From NCBI GenBank assembly GCA_965223425.1, contig OZ245003.1:480001-544000 (forward strand): a stretch of DNA of 64,000 bases, given 5' to 3'. Positions 28,790 through 39,006 of the stretch are shown here, piece by piece (the first letter of the stretch is position 1; every line of letters begins with the position of its first letter). The notes under the pieces are model-generated. The model was not told the origin of the DNA, made no database searches, and was given only the letters and a program-made list of their open reading frames with translations. The position numbers and the translations under genes were made by a program. The stretch is from Nitrosopumilus sp. (lineage in GTDB: Archaea; Thermoproteota; Nitrososphaeria; Nitrososphaerales; Nitrosopumilaceae).

Positions 28790-29632
28790 CTATCCGTAAG
28801 ATTCAAACTTGATTCCAAAACTTCCATCAGATTTCTTCTCATGCTCAGTAACAAAACCCCTTGAACCAATCGCTTCAATTACCCCGTCAATTGTACCTTG
28901 GTAACCACAAATGTATACGATGGTATTGTCTGGTGTTATTTCTTCTCCTACCATCTCATCTACTGGTGATAATCCCGTTTTTTTATCAGGCTTGAAAAAT
29001 GATTCCACTCTGCCTACATGGCCAGACCAAGATCTGTTAAAGAATTCTTTTGGCCTGCTAATAGCTGCCCTGTATCTGAAATTCCATTTTTCTCTGCCTC
29101 TTTTTTCACTTTCGTTTTCTAGATCTGTCAAAAGTCGTTTGTAGCTTAGTTCATCAACATAGCTTGCTCCATGTAGAACAACTATCTCTCTTTTGTCACT
29201 AGTGTCATGGAAATGTTTTGCAAATGCAATGAATGGAGCTAACCCTGTTCCGCCACCAACACAAATTATTCTTCTATTGTCTTTCTGTCCGTTAGGTAAC
29301 ACCTCACTAATTTGTAATGCAGCTCCAGTAGGATCACCCAGTGCCACTTCATCACCGACGCTAAGATAAAACAATTCAGTTGTAACGCGACCCGGAAGTG
29401 GCTTTCTTACCCATCTGATTACAAATTCAAAATAATCTCTGTTTTCTGCATGTGATGCAATTGAGTATGCGCGTCTAACAATCTTTTTTTCCGTTGGTAT
29501 TGGAAGGCCGATTGTTAGAAACTGACCAGTTTTATATTCAGGCATTCCATTTTCTGGTACTAGGCGAATGATTACTAGATCCTCTTTTAATAACTCCATA
29601 TAAGTGACCTTTGCCTTCATCTCAGTAACCAT
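28790..29632 (-). CDS. Ferredoxin-NADP+ reductase family oxidoreductase
   Basis: GQF, RRAYSIAS, GGGTGLAPF, YICG, terminal ESYG. Confidence 0.88.
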   Translation of the reverse strand: MVTEMKAKVTYMELLKEDLVIIRLVPENGMPEYKTGQFLTIGLPIPTEKKIVRRAYSIASHAENRDYFEFVIRWVRKPLPGRVTTELFYLSVGDEVALGDPTGAALQISEVLPNGQKDNRRIICVGGGTGLAPFIAFAKHFHDTSDKREIVVLHGASYVDELSYKRLLTDLENESEKRGREKWNFRYRAAISRPKEFFNRSWSGHVGRVESFFKPDKKTGLSPVDEMVGEEITPDNTIVYICGYQGTIDGVIEAIGSRGFVTEHEKKSDGSFGIKFESYG

Positions 29633-29757
29633 ACAGTGTTTTTTCGCGACTTTGGATAAATATATTTCTGTTATATTTTGATTCAAAAAATTTGATTATT
29701 AATCTAAAACATAAAAACCTAGAAAACTTTGTTGTGTTTAATTTCTTACTTGTTTGT

Positions 29758-30558
29758 TCACTGATTAATCTGTGACATTATCTCATCAAGAATTTTCTGA
29801 TTTGCAGCTGCAATAAAAGACACTCTTGTATCATAGCTCAGATCTGCATCAAGTGGATTCAAGTCTGCATCTAACAGTAATCCTCCTGCCTCCTTTACAA
29901 TTAGATAGCCTGCTGCAATATCTTGAATTCTAATTTTACCCCTCAAATCAATAAAAACATCCATTAATCCCCTTGCAAATAGTGCCATTTCTAGTGCATT
30001 TGCGCCAAAATGTCTTGTGTGATTATGGTTTTCAAATATCGGATGTAGCCGTTTCATCAAGTCTACTGTTGCACCAGACGTGTTAATGCCGACAATTTTG
30101 TAGATTGGATCACTGTTATGCACTTTGATCTGCTCTTCGTTGAAAAATGAACCCTTATTTTTTGAAGCCCAATACATTTCCCCATTTGCCAAATTTGTAA
30201 TAACCCCATCTGTAATTGAGCTAAGCTTATTCTCAGTTGCAAATGCCAACGAACTACAGAAAAAAGGAACGCCACGTACTGCGTTAGCAGAGCCATCTAT
30301 TGCATCCATAATGACGTATCCTTTAGGATTATCTGATAATTCTACTCGTCCGCATTCCTCACCTAAAACAACACACTCAAAATTAATTTCCCTAAGATAG
30401 TCTAAAACTGTTTTTTCAGCAACAATGTCTATATTTCGTGAAATATCTCCTCCCGCACCTATGCCAAAATCTCCTGCAGCGTGTTCAGTGCCTGCAAGAT
30501 CTTTTACATTTTCATAAATTCGATTTGAAACTTGACGAAGAATTTCTATTACTTCCAT
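29758..30558 (-). CDS. suhB: Inositol monophosphatase/FBPase family
   Basis: GEE, DAIDGSAN, DIAAG..IVKEAGG. Confidence 0.88.
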   Translation of the reverse strand: MEVIEILRQVSNRIYENVKDLAGTEHAAGDFGIGAGGDISRNIDIVAEKTVLDYLREINFECVVLGEECGRVELSDNPKGYVIMDAIDGSANAVRGVPFFCSSLAFATENKLSSITDGVITNLANGEMYWASKNKGSFFNEEQIKVHNSDPIYKIVGINTSGATVDLMKRLHPIFENHNHTRHFGANALEMALFARGLMDVFIDLRGKIRIQDIAAGYLIVKEAGGLLLDADLNPLDADLSYDTRVSFIAAANQKILDEIMSQINQ

Positions 30559-30640
30559 ACCGCATGTTCAGTATTTCGTAATTTAAGTCAAGTAAACATT
30601 TGTTTTGAAAGCATAAATAACAATAAAGAAGTTTACGTTT

Positions 30641-31756
30641 GTGAGTGGCAAGGATCAATCAGTTGTAAGTAAAGAAGCTTTGATGAGTACAAAACCTGGA
30701 AAACAAATACTCAAACAAGGATTATTCAAATCAAAAGGTTTCAAACTATTTAACAAGTACAGGGACGAAACAGAAAATGAGTTTCCAAATTTTGCAGAAC
30801 GATTTGCACAGGGCCTTCTTAATGAAATAAAGTCCGATACTGACCCAAATTCTACTCAGCAAGCATTTGGTAATGAAGTAGATTCCACTGAAATAATACT
30901 AGGCGCATCTGAAATTGAGCCTGTTAAATCAAAATTAGAAAGTCCAGACGTTCTAAAAGATAGGGTGCTTCGAATTTTAAATTCCAATTTTGTAAAGATG
31001 ACCTTCCCTGTTTTTAATGCACTATTTGACGGCGCCTCAGAATATACTGGAAGAAATGATCATCAATTAAGACAAGATATGGTTGAGGGGCACATCTTGG
31101 CAATCGATCTTAGCGAACCGATGGATAGAATTGTGGACAGAGATGAAGACTTGGAATTTCTTGATGATTACAAACTAATGAATCCATACATTCTGAAATT
31201 AGCTAGAGATAAAATTTCAAATGGCGGCGACAAAGTTCTCAAAGAATTTGAAGAAGGATTCAAAGATGCAAGAGTAGGACAGTATCTTGATGAGAAATTA
31301 AAATCAAAACCGACAGAAATTACTGAGGAAGAAATGACCTTATCTTACAAAAAATATCGCGCAGTAATGGGAACTGCAGGTAAAAACATGGCTTTGGCAG
31401 AACGGCCATTAGGTGAAATTTTCTATTTGGGTATGGCAAAAGCTGCAGAAGGTGTCGGATGTGGTAATGAAATCGAAGACTCGATCAAAAATGGATTTGT
31501 AAAAATACCTTCATGGCCACTTTATTACTCGTTATTGTCAAATGATGTGAAAAAAGGATTTGAAATCACACTTGAAAAAAGCAACTTGTATTTACAGGAT
31601 GCCCGTCTTACTCTTGAAATGTTACCTGAAGGATTTTCTCATAAAGAATTTTTGGAATTTTTGTTTTTAACTGTAGAACATTACAATCAGTATTGGTACA
31701 ATCAATTGCAAAAGGCCAACAAATGGTCGGAATTCGAATCCAAACTTCCCAGGTGA
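30641..31756 (+). CDS. Hypothetical protein
   Basis: 371-aa ORF, host-like composition, operon with RFC-L. Confidence 0.75.
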   Translation: MSGKDQSVVSKEALMSTKPGKQILKQGLFKSKGFKLFNKYRDETENEFPNFAERFAQGLLNEIKSDTDPNSTQQAFGNEVDSTEIILGASEIEPVKSKLESPDVLKDRVLRILNSNFVKMTFPVFNALFDGASEYTGRNDHQLRQDMVEGHILAIDLSEPMDRIVDRDEDLEFLDDYKLMNPYILKLARDKISNGGDKVLKEFEEGFKDARVGQYLDEKLKSKPTEITEEEMTLSYKKYRAVMGTAGKNMALAERPLGEIFYLGMAKAAEGVGCGNEIEDSIKNGFVKIPSWPLYYSLLSNDVKKGFEITLEKSNLYLQDARLTLEMLPEGFSHKEFLEFLFLTVEHYNQYWYNQLQKANKWSEFESKLPR

Positions 31757-31764
31757 TAAAATTG

Positions 31765-32922
31765 ATGTGGTCTGAAAAACACCGACCTCAGATTATTTCT
31801 GATATGGTGGGAAACGAAGAATCCCGCTCTTCTATAGTGGAATGGTTTGCAAAGTGGAAAAAAGGAACAAAGCCGCTTCTTCTTGTCGGCCCTCCTGGAA
31901 TTGGAAAAACCACCATGGCGTATCTTATCGCAAAACAATTTGGATATGATATGATTGGGCTCAATGCTAGTGACGCTAGAAGTAAATCTAGAATTAATGA
32001 AATTCTTGAACCTGTTTTAGGTAATGTGAGTGTCTTGGGAACTCCGATGATATTTGTTGATGAGGTGGACGGAATTCATGGTCGTGGAGATTATGGCGGT
32101 GTTGCGGCACTTGTTGAAATTCTAAAGGAACCCACAGTTCCTATTGTTCTTGCCGCAAATGATGACACGCAAGATAAAATGAAAAATATCAAAAAAGCAG
32201 TTAAGACAATCTCTTTCAAAAGAATTCCGCCACGTCTCTTGAGAGTCTATCTTGAAAATATCCTGAAAAAAGAAAATGCAAAACTGAGTCCTGGATCTTT
32301 GATTAAAGTCATTGTCAAATCACGTGGCGACATACGTTCAATGATTAACCTTACTCAATCTCTGGTTACCGGGTTTAATCCCCAAACTGAAACATCTTTT
32401 GAAAGTATTAATGTTGAAGATGGCATAAACGCATTCTTTAAAGCAAACTCGATTGAAGAAGCCAGAAGTGTTTTATATTCAATGCAAATTGATCCACGAG
32501 AAAAAATTAATGCGTTTTACTCTAGTATTATTACATCCAATCTGGATAATGCCTCTCTTGCAAAATACTTGGAAGTTATTTCAAGTGCTGACATGCTTTA
32601 TGGAAAAATTATGAAAACTCAAAACTGGAGACTGTTACGCTATCTTAATGATATTTTGATCAAATTATACCAAAACGATGATCGAATTAGATATGCACAG
32701 TACAATCTTTCTTGGCCTCTGCTAAACAGAATTCGTTGGGATGGTGCTAAAATTAAATCCTTGTCATCTGTTATGGCAAAAAAATTGCATCTCTCCTCAA
32801 GTTCTTTTGTCACACTTTGCTTGCCATTTGTTTTGCTTTGTATTAAAAATAAAACTTTGGAATTGGAATTAGAAGAGACATTTGGTGATATTATTGAAAA
32901 GGAGGTTGAACTAATTCAATGA
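31765..32922 (+). CDS. rfcL: Replication factor C large subunit
   Basis: WSEKHRP, GPPGIGKT, LNASDAR, DEVDG, GDIRS. Confidence 0.88.
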   Translation: MWSEKHRPQIISDMVGNEESRSSIVEWFAKWKKGTKPLLLVGPPGIGKTTMAYLIAKQFGYDMIGLNASDARSKSRINEILEPVLGNVSVLGTPMIFVDEVDGIHGRGDYGGVAALVEILKEPTVPIVLAANDDTQDKMKNIKKAVKTISFKRIPPRLLRVYLENILKKENAKLSPGSLIKVIVKSRGDIRSMINLTQSLVTGFNPQTETSFESINVEDGINAFFKANSIEEARSVLYSMQIDPREKINAFYSSIITSNLDNASLAKYLEVISSADMLYGKIMKTQNWRLLRYLNDILIKLYQNDDRIRYAQYNLSWPLLNRIRWDGAKIKSLSSVMAKKLHLSSSSFVTLCLPFVLLCIKNKTLELELEETFGDIIEKEVELIQ

Positions 32923-33230
32923 GTTGGAGAAAAATTCCCATGAAGTTTCCGGGAACTTGCATAGTATGTAATGACAAAATTGAGGTTAATGAGATTGGAT
33001 TGTGGGCAAAAGGGTTGGGTGTTAAACATGAAAAATGTGCTCAAATTAACGAACTGCAATGTGTAGTTTGTGGCGCACCTGCAGGTTGCCCTCAATGTGA
33101 ATTTCAAGAAAATTGTAATATTCCTAATGTGTCCCAACTGTGTATATGTAAGAAATGTAGCGAGGAAAAAGATGCTTTTAGTTCCTATCAAAGATCGGCA
33201 AAGAAGAAATTTCCAATTATTAATTTCTGA
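32919..33230 (+). CDS. Cys-rich hypothetical protein
   Basis: Multiple CxxC; overlaps rfcL stop. Confidence 0.7.
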   Translation: MSWRKIPMKFPGTCIVCNDKIEVNEIGLWAKGLGVKHEKCAQINELQCVVCGAPAGCPQCEFQENCNIPNVSQLCICKKCSEEKDAFSSYQRSAKKKFPIINF

Positions 33231-33319
33231 AATGAATTTGGATTTTTGTAAAAATCTGATAATTTTTCTGCAATCAAATTAAATTAATATATGAAACCAT
33301 TTTGCTTTAGATTACTATT

Positions 33320-34867
33320 ATGCATTCTGAAAAGATTGAAGGGTATACTAAGAGAAATAACACGGCCTTGCAAGGGGGCGGTCAAGACAGAATCAAGGCC
33401 CAACATGATAAGGGTAAATTAACTGCTCGAGAAAGGATCGATCTTTTACTTGATGAGGGCACCTTTACTGAAATTGATCCAATGGTGACTCATCATTATC
33501 ATGAATATGACATGCAGAAAAAGAAGTTCTTTACAGATGGTGTAGTTGGTGGATATGGAACAGTTAATGGGAGACAAATCTTTGTCTTTGCTTATGATTT
33601 CACTGTGCTTGGTGGAACATTGAGTCATATGGGTGCAAAAAAAATTACTAAACTAATGGATCATGCAGTAAGAACCGGATGTCCAGTCATTGGAATAATG
33701 GATTCTGGTGGTGCAAGAATTCAAGAAGGAATTATGAGCCTTGATGGATTTGCAGATATATTTTATCATAATCAATTAGCTTCTGGAGTAATTCCGCAAA
33801 TTACTGCAAGTATTGGTCCTTCTGCAGGCGGTTCTGTCTACTCTCCTGCAATGACGGACTTTGTAATTATGGTGGATAAAGCAGGAACCATGTTTGTTAC
33901 AGGACCTGATGTGGTCAAGACTGTGTTGGGCGAAGAAATTTCATTTGATGACCTTGGCGGAGCTATGACTCATGGCTCAAAGAGCGGCGTTGCGCATTTT
34001 GTTGCACAAAATGAATACGAATGTATGGACTGCATAAAAAAATTAATCTCATATCTGCCACAAAATAACACTGAAGAACCACCCAAAGTCACAACTGATG
34101 ATGATCCAAACAGACTAGATCATAATCTGATTAACATAATTCCTGAAAATCCATTACAACCTTATGACATGAAAGAGATCATAAACTCAGTTGTTGACAG
34201 TCATGAATTCTTTGAAGTTCATGAATTGTTTGCGCCAAATGTTGTTGTAGGCTATGGAAGATTGAATGGTCAAACTGTTGGAATTGTAGCAAACAATCCC
34301 ATGCATCTTGCAGGCGCACTTGATATTGATTCATCAAACAAGGCAGCACGATTTATCCGATTCTGTGATTCATTTAACATACCCATTGTCACTTTAGTTG
34401 ATACTCCAGGTTACATGCCCGGTTCCAATCAAGAACATAACGGAATCATTAGACATGGAAGTAAACTACTTTATGCATACTGTGAAGCCACTGTTCCACG
34501 AATTACACTGGTTGTTGGAAAAGCATATGGTGGCGCATACATTGCAATGGGAAGTAAAAATCTCAGAACAGATGTCAACTATGCTTGGCCAACTGCTAGA
34601 TGTGCTGTACTGGGCGGAGAAGCGGCCGTCAAAATCATGTATAGAAAAGAATTACAGACGTCTGATGATCCTGAGGCATTCAAAAAACAGTTAATTGATG
34701 AATTTGCTGAAAAATTTGAAAATCCTTACGTTGCTGCTTCTCACGGAACCGTTGATAATGTGATTGATCCAGCTGAAACAAGACCCATGTTAATCAAGGC
34801 ACTTGCAATGCTTGCAAACAAAAGAGAGAAACAGCTACCTAGAAAACATGGAAATATCAACTTGTGA
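33320..34867 (+). CDS. pccB: Acetyl/propionyl-CoA carboxylase carboxyltransferase subunit
   Basis: GKLTARERI, DSGGARIQEG, KAYGGAY, RKHGNI. Confidence 0.92.
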   Translation: MHSEKIEGYTKRNNTALQGGGQDRIKAQHDKGKLTARERIDLLLDEGTFTEIDPMVTHHYHEYDMQKKKFFTDGVVGGYGTVNGRQIFVFAYDFTVLGGTLSHMGAKKITKLMDHAVRTGCPVIGIMDSGGARIQEGIMSLDGFADIFYHNQLASGVIPQITASIGPSAGGSVYSPAMTDFVIMVDKAGTMFVTGPDVVKTVLGEEISFDDLGGAMTHGSKSGVAHFVAQNEYECMDCIKKLISYLPQNNTEEPPKVTTDDDPNRLDHNLINIIPENPLQPYDMKEIINSVVDSHEFFEVHELFAPNVVVGYGRLNGQTVGIVANNPMHLAGALDIDSSNKAARFIRFCDSFNIPIVTLVDTPGYMPGSNQEHNGIIRHGSKLLYAYCEATVPRITLVVGKAYGGAYIAMGSKNLRTDVNYAWPTARCAVLGGEAAVKIMYRKELQTSDDPEAFKKQLIDEFAEKFENPYVAASHGTVDNVIDPAETRPMLIKALAMLANKREKQLPRKHGNINL

Positions 34868-34873
34868 TCAAAG

Positions 34874-36361
34874 ATGATTGAAAAAGTACTTATCGCAAAC
34901 AGAGGGGAGATTGCTTTACGTGTAATTAGAACTTGCAAAAGACTTGGAATTAAAACAGTTGCAGTTTATTCTGATGAAGATTACAACTCCCTGCACGTAA
35001 AGCAAGCAACTGAGGCATATCATATTGGTGAGGCGGCCCCTGCAAAGTCATACCTTAACCAAGAAAAAATTCTCGATGTGATGCTATCGGCAGGCGCTGA
35101 TGCTGTTCATCCGGGCTATGGCTTTCTTTCTGAAAATGATGACTTTGCAAGATTATGTGAAAAAAATAAAATTAATTTCATTGGCCCTTCTGCTGACTCT
35201 ATGAACCTTTGTGGTGATAAAATGCGATGCAAGGCCGCAATGCTAAAAGCCAAGGTACCCACCGTACCTGGAAGTCCTGATTTAGTTAAGGATGTAGACG
35301 AGGCAGAAAAGATTGCAAACGATATCAGTTATCCCGTATTGCTAAAATCAGTTTATGGCGGCGGAGGGCGTGGAATTAGACTGGCCACCAATGATAAAGA
35401 ATTGCGTGAGGGCTACGAATCAGTTACAGGGGAATCGATTGCGGCTGTAGGGAAATCAGCAATTCTTGTAGAAAAATTCCTAGAGAAAACAAGACACATT
35501 GAATATCAAATGGCAAGAGACACCCATGGCAATGCCGTTCATATCTTTGAAAGAGAATGCTCAATTCAAAGACGCAACCAAAAATTAATTGAACAAACTC
35601 CCTCTCCAATTGTTGATGAGGAAACAAGGGAACGTATAGGAGAAATCGTGCGCAATGCAGCTGATGCAGTTGACTATACCAATCTGGGTACAGCAGAGTT
35701 TCTAAGAGCTGACAATGGCGAATTCTATTTTATTGAAATTAATGCTAGATTGCAAGTAGAACACCCAATTACAGAATATGTGTCCGGGCTGGACTTGGTT
35801 AAACTACAGCTTGATATCGCAAATGGTGAACCGATTCCATTCAAACAAAAAGATCTCAAAATGAATGGATATGCAATTGAATGTAGAATCAATGCAGAGG
35901 ACACTTTCTTGGACTTTGCACCCTCTACTGGACCGGTTCCGGATGTGACAATACCTGCAGGACCGGGTGTTAGATGTGACACTTATCTGTACTCTGGATG
36001 CACAGTTTCTCCGTTTTATGACTCGTTAATGGCAAAACTCGTTACATGGGGACAGACATTTGATGAATCCAGAACAAGAATGCTTGCTGCATTAAATGAC
36101 TTTTACATTCAAGGAGTTGAAACCTCGATTCCCCTCTACAAAACAATTCTAAATTCAGATGAATACAAAAACGGTGAACTCTCAACTGATTTTCTCAAGC
36201 GTTTTGGTATGATTGACAGACTAACTGAAGACCTTAAGAAAGAAAAAGAAGAGAAAAGTGAAGCCGCTTTGGCTGCCGCAATAATTCATTCTGAATACTT
36301 TAAGAGCCGCGTACAAAACCACGCTGCTAGCAATCCTAACTGGAAAAACAAATTGGATTGA
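34874..36361 (+). CDS. accC: Biotin carboxylase
   Basis: IANRGEIA, HPGYGFLSEN, RECSIQRRNQK, RLQVEH. Confidence 0.95.
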   Translation: MIEKVLIANRGEIALRVIRTCKRLGIKTVAVYSDEDYNSLHVKQATEAYHIGEAAPAKSYLNQEKILDVMLSAGADAVHPGYGFLSENDDFARLCEKNKINFIGPSADSMNLCGDKMRCKAAMLKAKVPTVPGSPDLVKDVDEAEKIANDISYPVLLKSVYGGGGRGIRLATNDKELREGYESVTGESIAAVGKSAILVEKFLEKTRHIEYQMARDTHGNAVHIFERECSIQRRNQKLIEQTPSPIVDEETRERIGEIVRNAADAVDYTNLGTAEFLRADNGEFYFIEINARLQVEHPITEYVSGLDLVKLQLDIANGEPIPFKQKDLKMNGYAIECRINAEDTFLDFAPSTGPVPDVTIPAGPGVRCDTYLYSGCTVSPFYDSLMAKLVTWGQTFDESRTRMLAALNDFYIQGVETSIPLYKTILNSDEYKNGELSTDFLKRFGMIDRLTEDLKKEKEEKSEAALAAAIIHSEYFKSRVQNHAASNPNWKNKLD

Positions 36362-36367
36362 TGGATA

Positions 36368-36883
36368 ATGGACTATAAAATACAAGATCTTGAAAAATCA
36401 TTTGACGGAAAAATAACTGAAAGTCTTGGAAATAATGAATATGTCATTAAAATTAATGATGCTGAACACCAGCTAAAAATTCTAAATATTAATTCAAAAG
36501 GAATTGAATTTATTTTGGACCAAAACTACCACAGAGCAAAATATCTTGAACAATCTACAAATGAAGTGAGCCTAGTAATCGATAATGTCCCAGTTACTCT
36601 TAACATGTATACTCATTTTGATCAAGTAGTTTACAAAAATTCCGGTGGAGGTGCTGGCGCTGGTAATGCACAATTAGCTTTGAAGAGTCAAATTCCAGGC
36701 AAAGTTGTTTCCATTGCAGTCGCTGAAGACGATTCCGTAAAGAAGGGCGATGTTGTCTGTACTTTGGAGTCCATGAAAATGCAAGTTGCAGTTAAAGCGC
36801 ACAAAGATGGTACTATCAAATCAATAAAAATTAAAGAAGCAGGAACTGTCGCCAAAGGCGACGCAATCGTAGATATAGAATAA
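36368..36883 (+). CDS. accB: Biotin carboxyl carrier protein
   Basis: ESMKM biotinylation motif. Confidence 0.92.
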   Translation: MDYKIQDLEKSFDGKITESLGNNEYVIKINDAEHQLKILNINSKGIEFILDQNYHRAKYLEQSTNEVSLVIDNVPVTLNMYTHFDQVVYKNSGGGAGAGNAQLALKSQIPGKVVSIAVAEDDSVKKGDVVCTLESMKMQVAVKAHKDGTIKSIKIKEAGTVAKGDAIVDIE

Positions 36884-36897
36884 AAAAGGGATGTTTC

Positions 36898-37362
36898 CTA
36901 TTTTAGGAAATTTTTAATTTCTTCATAGTTTGGCTCTTTTAATGGATCTTCTGAAACCCATTTGTAACCGATCTTTCCATCTTCCATAATTATGAATACA
37001 GAACGTTTTGCAGCATTGTAGTCCTTGATGTGCAACAAATCTTTTAACAGTATGTCGTAATCACGAATTGTTTTACTGCTGTAATCTCCCAATAATGGGA
37101 AATTAAAATTATTTTTTTCTGCAAATGCTTTGTTTGCAAATGGACCGTCATTACTGATTGCTATTACTTGTGCACCAAGGTCAGAAATTTCTTGCAAAGA
37201 GTCCCTGAATGTGCATAACTCTGTTTCACAAACTGGAGAACTTGCAGCAACGATGAATGAAAGTACAATCTTTTTTCCTTTAAATTCATCCAAAGCCCGC
37301 AATTTCAATTCTGTATCTGGAAGTTCAAAGTCAGGAGCAGTGTCTCCAATATTCAATGACAT
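36898..37362 (-). CDS. Peroxiredoxin (BCP/AhpC family)
   Basis: GDTAPDF, SPVCETELC. Confidence 0.88.
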   Translation of the reverse strand: MSLNIGDTAPDFELPDTELKLRALDEFKGKKIVLSFIVAASSPVCETELCTFRDSLQEISDLGAQVIAISNDGPFANKAFAEKNNFNFPLLGDYSSKTIRDYDILLKDLLHIKDYNAAKRSVFIIMEDGKIGYKWVSEDPLKEPNYEEIKNFLK

Positions 37363-37475
37363 TGTCGATTTTTGTCATTATCCTATTAAGTAGTTTACAA
37401 AAATCATTTTTTCCAAAATTTGATCGAAAAAAGGAGGCATACCTTTTTATACAAAAATTCGGTCAAAAAGCTAAA

Positions 37476-37850
37476 TTGGTCGGGGAATTAGCGGGCAATT
37501 ATAGTACCGTTGTATTGATGTTTGTGTTTGGCATAGTCGCAATGGCACCTGCCTTGGTAATTTCAAGAATGATTTCGCCGCGAAAACGAAGTAATCCTGT
37601 TAAATTTCTGCCAATGGAATGTGGCCAAGTCCCCTCAGGAGAAGGGCGAACTCACTTTATGATGCAGTATTACCCTTACATTCTGATGTTTGTAGTATTT
37701 GATGTCATGGCAATTTTCTTGTATGCGTGGGGAAGTTCTCTTTTAGAACTCCCAAAGAGTGCAACTTTACCTATGATTGGATTTTTGGGTATAATGTTTG
37801 GAGCAATGTCGTTTGCTTTGTATCAGTCAGGGAGACGAAGAATATGGTAG
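37476..37850 (+). CDS. nuoA: NADH-quinone oxidoreductase subunit A
   Basis: PMECG, MQYYPYILMFVVFDV; start uncertain. Confidence 0.88.
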   Translation: MVGELAGNYSTVVLMFVFGIVAMAPALVISRMISPRKRSNPVKFLPMECGQVPSGEGRTHFMMQYYPYILMFVVFDVMAIFLYAWGSSLLELPKSATLPMIGFLGIMFGAMSFALYQSGRRRIW

Positions 37851-37890
37851 TTTTTTATACAAATCACATCTACGAGGATAGGGAGTAAGA

Positions 37891-38415
37891 TTGCTTAAAG
37901 ACTTGGTAACACCAGAAAACGCAAATGTCTTTGTAGGAAAGTTGGGAGACATTTTAGAAAGAGCAATCGGTAAGCCATTGGGCTACGCCATCAATTGGGG
38001 TAGAATCTGGTCACTCTGGCCTGTTCACATTGAAACAGCTTGTTGCAGTGTCGAATTTGGCGCAGCATCAAGTCCTAGATATGATGTTGAAAGATTTGGT
38101 ATCATCGAGGCATTTGGATCACTAAGACAATGTGATCTGATTGTTGTTCAAGGAACTATTACAAGAAAAATGGCACCACGTCTCAGATTAGTTTATGATC
38201 AAATGCCAGAACCAAAGTATGTAATTGCTATGGGAGCTTGTGCAATTACTGGAGGACTGTATTTTGATTCATACAATGTACTTCCAGGAATTGACGGAGT
38301 TATTCCAGTTGATGTCTATGTTCCGGGTTGCCCACCTAGACCTGAAACTCTTATCCAAGGATGTATTTTGTTACAAGAGAAAATCAAGAGAATGAAGGCT
38401 AGGACGTTTGTATAA
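37891..38415 (+). CDS. nuoB: NADH-quinone oxidoreductase subunit B
   Basis: TACCSVE, MGACA, VPGCPPRPE. Confidence 0.94.
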   Translation: MLKDLVTPENANVFVGKLGDILERAIGKPLGYAINWGRIWSLWPVHIETACCSVEFGAASSPRYDVERFGIIEAFGSLRQCDLIVVQGTITRKMAPRLRLVYDQMPEPKYVIAMGACAITGGLYFDSYNVLPGIDGVIPVDVYVPGCPPRPETLIQGCILLQEKIKRMKARTFV

Positions 38416-39005
38416 TGAGTTCTGATTCTGAAAATCCCGCAGAGGAAAAACCAGTAGCAAAACCTGCACCAAAGCCTGCTGCAAAAAAACCTGAAGAAGA
38501 ACCAGTAGAGTTACCTGCATTTGAGAAGGGAATCTCTGAAAAGATTGTTGAAAAGTTTGGTGACAAAGTCAAAGTCACATTCGTAAAAGAAGACAGGGTT
38601 GGAATCAGCGCCAGCAAAGATGATGTACACGATGTTGCAGAATTCATTCGTGATGGCTTGAACTATGATCATGTCGAATCTGTTTCAGGAGTGGATTACC
38701 CAGCAGATAAAGAGATTGAAGTTGTTTATCATATTGGTTCTTACAGCGACTCCTCATTAGCAAGACAGATCCTTGTTCTATCTACAAGAGCTCAGCGAGA
38801 AGAAAATCCGATCCCCGGAAATGATGCCACTAAACTCCCTAGTCTTAGAGATGTATTCTATAGTGTAGAATTTCATGAAAGGGAAGTTTTTGAAATGCTT
38901 GGTGTTTTCTTTGAAGGTCATCCAGATAATAGAAGATTACTTTTGCCAGAAGATTGGGCAGACCTGCCTCCACTTCGAAAGGACTTTGCAATAAAGGGAA
39001 GATAA
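38415..39005 (+). CDS. nuoC: NADH-quinone oxidoreductase subunit C
   Basis: EREVFEMLG..FEGHP..RRLLLP..PPLRKD. Confidence 0.92.
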   Translation: MSSDSENPAEEKPVAKPAPKPAAKKPEEEPVELPAFEKGISEKIVEKFGDKVKVTFVKEDRVGISASKDDVHDVAEFIRDGLNYDHVESVSGVDYPADKEIEVVYHIGSYSDSSLARQILVLSTRAQREENPIPGNDATKLPSLRDVFYSVEFHEREVFEMLGVFFEGHPDNRRLLLPEDWADLPPLRKDFAIKGR

Positions 39006-39006
39006 A